From positions 32,001 to 96,000 of the IMG/VR virus record IMGVR_UViG_3300032397_000003: DNA of 64,000 bases; one strand, given 5' to 3'. A program made the translations under genes and the position numbers. How positions within the stretch are numbered: position 1 is the first letter of the stretch; the number at the start of each line of letters is the position of its first letter. Origin of the DNA: a virus. This document shows positions 61,325 through 64,000 of this stretch, in pieces. A model generated the notes under the pieces. That model saw only the letters and a list, made by a program, of their open reading frames with translations, searched no databases and was not told where the DNA came from.

Positions 61325-61819
61325 ATGAGTAGGATATTTATAGGAGTGGATAATGGGGTCTCAGGAAGTGTGGGAATTATCTCCGATGAAGAGGTATTAT
61401 TTTTTCTAACCCCAGTTAAACTTTGTACCAACTATCAAAAGAAAGCAAAGCAGTTAAATAGAATAGATTTTCCCGCTTTAATAGAAATATTTAAAAATTA
61501 TCAAGAATTAGATGTAAAGGCTATACTGGAAAGACCGATGGTCAATCCCACAAGATTTGAAGCTACAGCATCAGCACTTAGAGCATTTGAAGCTACTCTT
61601 ATTGTATTAGAAGAATTAAATATTTCTCATGAATTTGTAGATAGTAAACAATGGCAAAAAGAAATGCTTCCAAGTGGATTGAAAGGATCAGAGCAACAAA
61701 AGAAAGCTTCTATGGATGTTGCTTGTAGAATGTTTCCTCAATTCAAAGAAGATATTATTAAACATAAAGATGGGGATGGTCTTCTTATTGCTGAATGGGC
61801 TAGAAGGAATAATCTATGA
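61325..61819 (+). CDS. RuvC-like Holliday junction resolvase
   Basis: IGVDNG, ILERP, WQK, DGDGLLIA. Confidence 0.8.
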   Translation: MSRIFIGVDNGVSGSVGIISDEEVLFFLTPVKLCTNYQKKAKQLNRIDFPALIEIFKNYQELDVKAILERPMVNPTRFEATASALRAFEATLIVLEELNISHEFVDSKQWQKEMLPSGLKGSEQQKKASMDVACRMFPQFKEDIIKHKDGDGLLIAEWARRNNL

Positions 61820-62287
61820 GTCACCTTTACGAAACAAGCACTAAAGAAAAATTAGAATTATTTTGTGAGATAAGAAATATTATACGCGATTGTATTGGTG
61901 ATTGTGGAAATAACAATTTAATTGTTTTTAAAATAATGATGTTATTAGATGAAAAGACACTAGAGAAAGATATCAGATTAAGAAGAGCTTTAGACCAAAT
62001 TAACCACTCTAGTAATTAAAGGGGAAAGTATGTTCCAGTATAAAGTAGATGTATCAAAAGGAGAATCTGAAATAGTACAGTTACATGCATTCACTCTTGG
62101 ATATTTCTGGGAGTTTGATCAATGTAAACAAAATGATAGAAACTTCCCTTGTCATTTACATTCCCACTATTTATACTTTAACAAGAATGGTGAAATCTGG
62201 TTTTCAGATGATTTACGTTACTTCAGAAATGAAAGAGAACATATGCTTATAACCCCCAGTGATTTTTTGCAATTAAATAAAAAATAA
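61816..62287 (+). CDS. Two small hypothetical genes (61816-62019, 62030-62287)
   Basis: ORF track. Confidence 0.55.
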
Positions 62288-62356
62288 TTTTTAATTCTTT
62301 TTAAAAATTCTATATATTATAAGTAGAAAAGAAAAATTTAAATAAGGATTAAAATA

Positions 62357-62986
62357 ATGAGAAAATTTCTAATACTATGGTTTATAATTCTACTGGTTGT
62401 AAAGTGTTCAAATGAAAAATCAATAACAATAGATCCTCTTATAAATGCTTATAAAGTAGATAATGTTAAACTAGATAAAAGTATTATTAAAGATAGTTTA
62501 AATCATTTTTTACATAAGTATAATAGAAAATGGAGTCAAGAGAATAAACAGAAATGTATAGATGCTTTATACTATGGACAACAAGAATTTGATATAGATT
62601 ACAAGATAGTAATGTCTTTAATTTCTATCGAGAGTCAATATAGAATAGTAGTTACAGGAAAGAATATAAGAAGAGGAAAAGTCAAATCTATCGATTATGG
62701 GCTAACTCAACAGAACTCTAAATATATAAAACAGAGATATAAATCAACAGAGGAGTATCTCAATAAGTATAAAATAAAATATACTAATTCAAACTTTGAT
62801 ATTGGAAAGAATATCTTCTCCTGTTATATGTTATTAAGAGATACAAATGAATATGGTTCTTTGATTATGTTTAGAGACTATATAGCAAGTTATAATGTTG
62901 GTATAAGAGGTGTTAGACAAGAACATACTCAGAAAATAGCTGATAAATATTTTAATAAATTTATGAAGGAGCTTTTAAGCATATGA
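62357..62986 (+). CDS. Lytic transglycosylase (SLT) with signal peptide or lipoprotein signal
   Basis: IESQY, DYGLTQ, ASYNVG; MRKFLILWFIILLVVKC. Confidence 0.8.
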   Translation: MRKFLILWFIILLVVKCSNEKSITIDPLINAYKVDNVKLDKSIIKDSLNHFLHKYNRKWSQENKQKCIDALYYGQQEFDIDYKIVMSLISIESQYRIVVTGKNIRRGKVKSIDYGLTQQNSKYIKQRYKSTEEYLNKYKIKYTNSNFDIGKNIFSCYMLLRDTNEYGSLIMFRDYIASYNVGIRGVRQEHTQKIADKYFNKFMKELLSI

Positions 62987-63101
62987 TAACACTACTTGTT
63001 ATAATCGCATTGATTACTACCCTACTTATAATTCACAATTGCAAAAACGATTTTTAATTCTGATAGATATTTCTATATATTACAAAAAAGGAGAATAATA
63101 A

Positions 63102-64000
63102 ATGAGTAATGATAATACCCTACTTTACAATAAGTATAGACCGAATAAACTTTCAGACGTAGTTGGACATAGTGCTACTGTAAAAGATTTACAGAAAAGA
63201 TCAAAAGAAGGTAATCTTCCTAGAGTAATATTTTTATCAGGTATTACTGGAACAGGTAAAACAACTCTACAAAGAATTATTGCTAAAAATATTCTTTGTC
63301 TTAATAAAGATAAAGAAGGGAATAGCTGTAATGTATGTGAGATTTGTTCTTCTATTATAGAGGAGAAGATAACAAATTATTATTTTGAGATTAACTGCTC
63401 TAATGTTAACATAGATGAGTCAAGACAGATAGCTGAGAATGCATCAGTTAAATCTTTTTCAAATGCTAAAGCAAAAGTATTCGTTCTCGATGAAGCACAG
63501 GAACTTAAAAAATCACAAGCTGCTATGAACAATCTTTTAAAACCAATAGAGAAAGATTATAAAAATGTTTATTTTATATTTGGTGCCATGGACGATAAAT
63601 CTGTACCAAAGGCAATCGTTGGTAGGTGTACAACTTATAAACTCAAACCACATAATATGGAAGACATTGCTACAAAACTCGCTGATATTTGTCAGAAGGA
63701 ATCCGTTATATTAGATACAGAAGAAAAAGCTAATGTACTTCTTACTATATCTGAGAATAGTGGTGGAAGTTTAAGACAAGCAATTAGTTATTTAGAGAGG
63801 GTTATATATTCAGAACTATGGACAACTAAACAAGCAATAGAAGAACTTGGTATAGTATCTTCCAGCGAGCTTAATCTAAAGATCAATGCTCTGTTTAAAG
63901 GTAAGCCAGAAGCATTTGATATTACGTATAATGAAGAACTCCTCACTTCAATAAGATATATGTTTAGTACTATGTACAAGAAGTTATCTGGTATAGAAGT
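63102..64000 (+). CDS. dnaX: DNA polymerase III gamma/tau-like clamp loader, partial, absent from the ORF track
   Basis: LYNKYRP...VVGH, GITGTGKTT, C..C.VCEIC, VLDEAQ, LLKPIE, GSLRQA. Confidence 0.92.
   Translation, partial: MSNDNTLLYNKYRPNKLSDVVGHSATVKDLQKRSKEGNLPRVIFLSGITGTGKTTLQRIIAKNILCLNKDKEGNSCNVCEICSSIIEEKITNYYFEINCSNVNIDESRQIAENASVKSFSNAKAKVFVLDEAQELKKSQAAMNNLLKPIEKDYKNVYFIFGAMDDKSVPKAIVGRCTTYKLKPHNMEDIATKLADICQKESVILDTEEKANVLLTISENSGGSLRQAISYLERVIYSELWTTKQAIEELGIVSSSELNLKINALFKGKPEAFDITYNEELLTSIRYMFSTMYKKLSGIE

Larger units (their letters stand above)
7617..63083. promoter_or_regulatory. Class-A promoter family TTTAATT-N11-TTCTATATATTAT; core at 7617(-), 7674, 12780, 16197, 29145, 30821, 35322, 36456, 41371, 45699, 48572, 53336, 56237, 62308; variants at 49449, 57661, 63071
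   Basis: Intergenic, co-oriented with downstream genes, near-invariant spacing. Confidence 0.85.

Noticed and set aside
436-62986. Specific host assignment (spirochaete) from the Big_5 domain, atypical lipobox, SET and OMPLA
   Set aside because: Suggestive only; needs homology or CRISPR-spacer matching
4811-63979. Antisense or nested short ORFs (e.g. 4811, 11564, 20372, 23009, 34035, 34701, 46020, 47536, 51135, 63788)
   Set aside because: Overlap well-supported genes or signals; no RBS or motifs
1-64000. Alternative genetic code, or introns/inteins in polA, nrdD, recA, dnaB
   Set aside because: Genes are full length and densely packed in code 11; no intein-type insertion recognised

Overview
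Very AT-rich, densely coding 64-kb segment of a large (probably jumbo-type, lytic) dsDNA tailed phage genome; no host housekeeping synteny and no integrase seen. Bases 1-7.5 kb are on the minus strand (end of a probable virion-gene operon, an AEP primase-polymerase); from 7.7 kb everything is on the plus strand: replication/recombination/nucleotide metabolism (UvrD, RecA, SbcC/Rad50, beta-clamp, SNF2, DnaC-like loader, DnaB, PolA, 5'-3' exonuclease, RuvC, DnaX, NrdDG, dUTPase, ThyX), two DNA methyltransferases, a DNA-modification-type glycosyltransferase, two atypical tRNAs, a complete IS200/IS605 element (tnpA+tnpB) and unusual accessory genes (OMPLA, SET domain, PRTase, nucleotidyltransferase, PLC-like phosphodiesterase). 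OMPLA and NrdDG suggest a Gram-negative host able to grow anaerobically (inference). Main observations: (1) at least six unrelated proteins share an N-terminal MKRY(K/Q)R...hydrophobic-X-E leader resembling a capsid-targeting and prohead-protease-cleaved peptide; (2) two genome-wide promoter classes, TTTAATT-N11-TTCTATATATTAT and TACTAAT, plus a candidate phage sigma factor; (3) the IS605 element inserted exactly inside a TACTAAT motif (TTAC|TAATAG), so its TnpB guide begins with the motif core; (4) PolA has paired substitutions at the steric gate and O-helix and sits next to the glycosyltransferase; (5) a 64 x 12-bp coding repeat; (6) a structured intergenic element upstream of the primase operon. 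All family calls come from motif recognition by eye; no searches were run.
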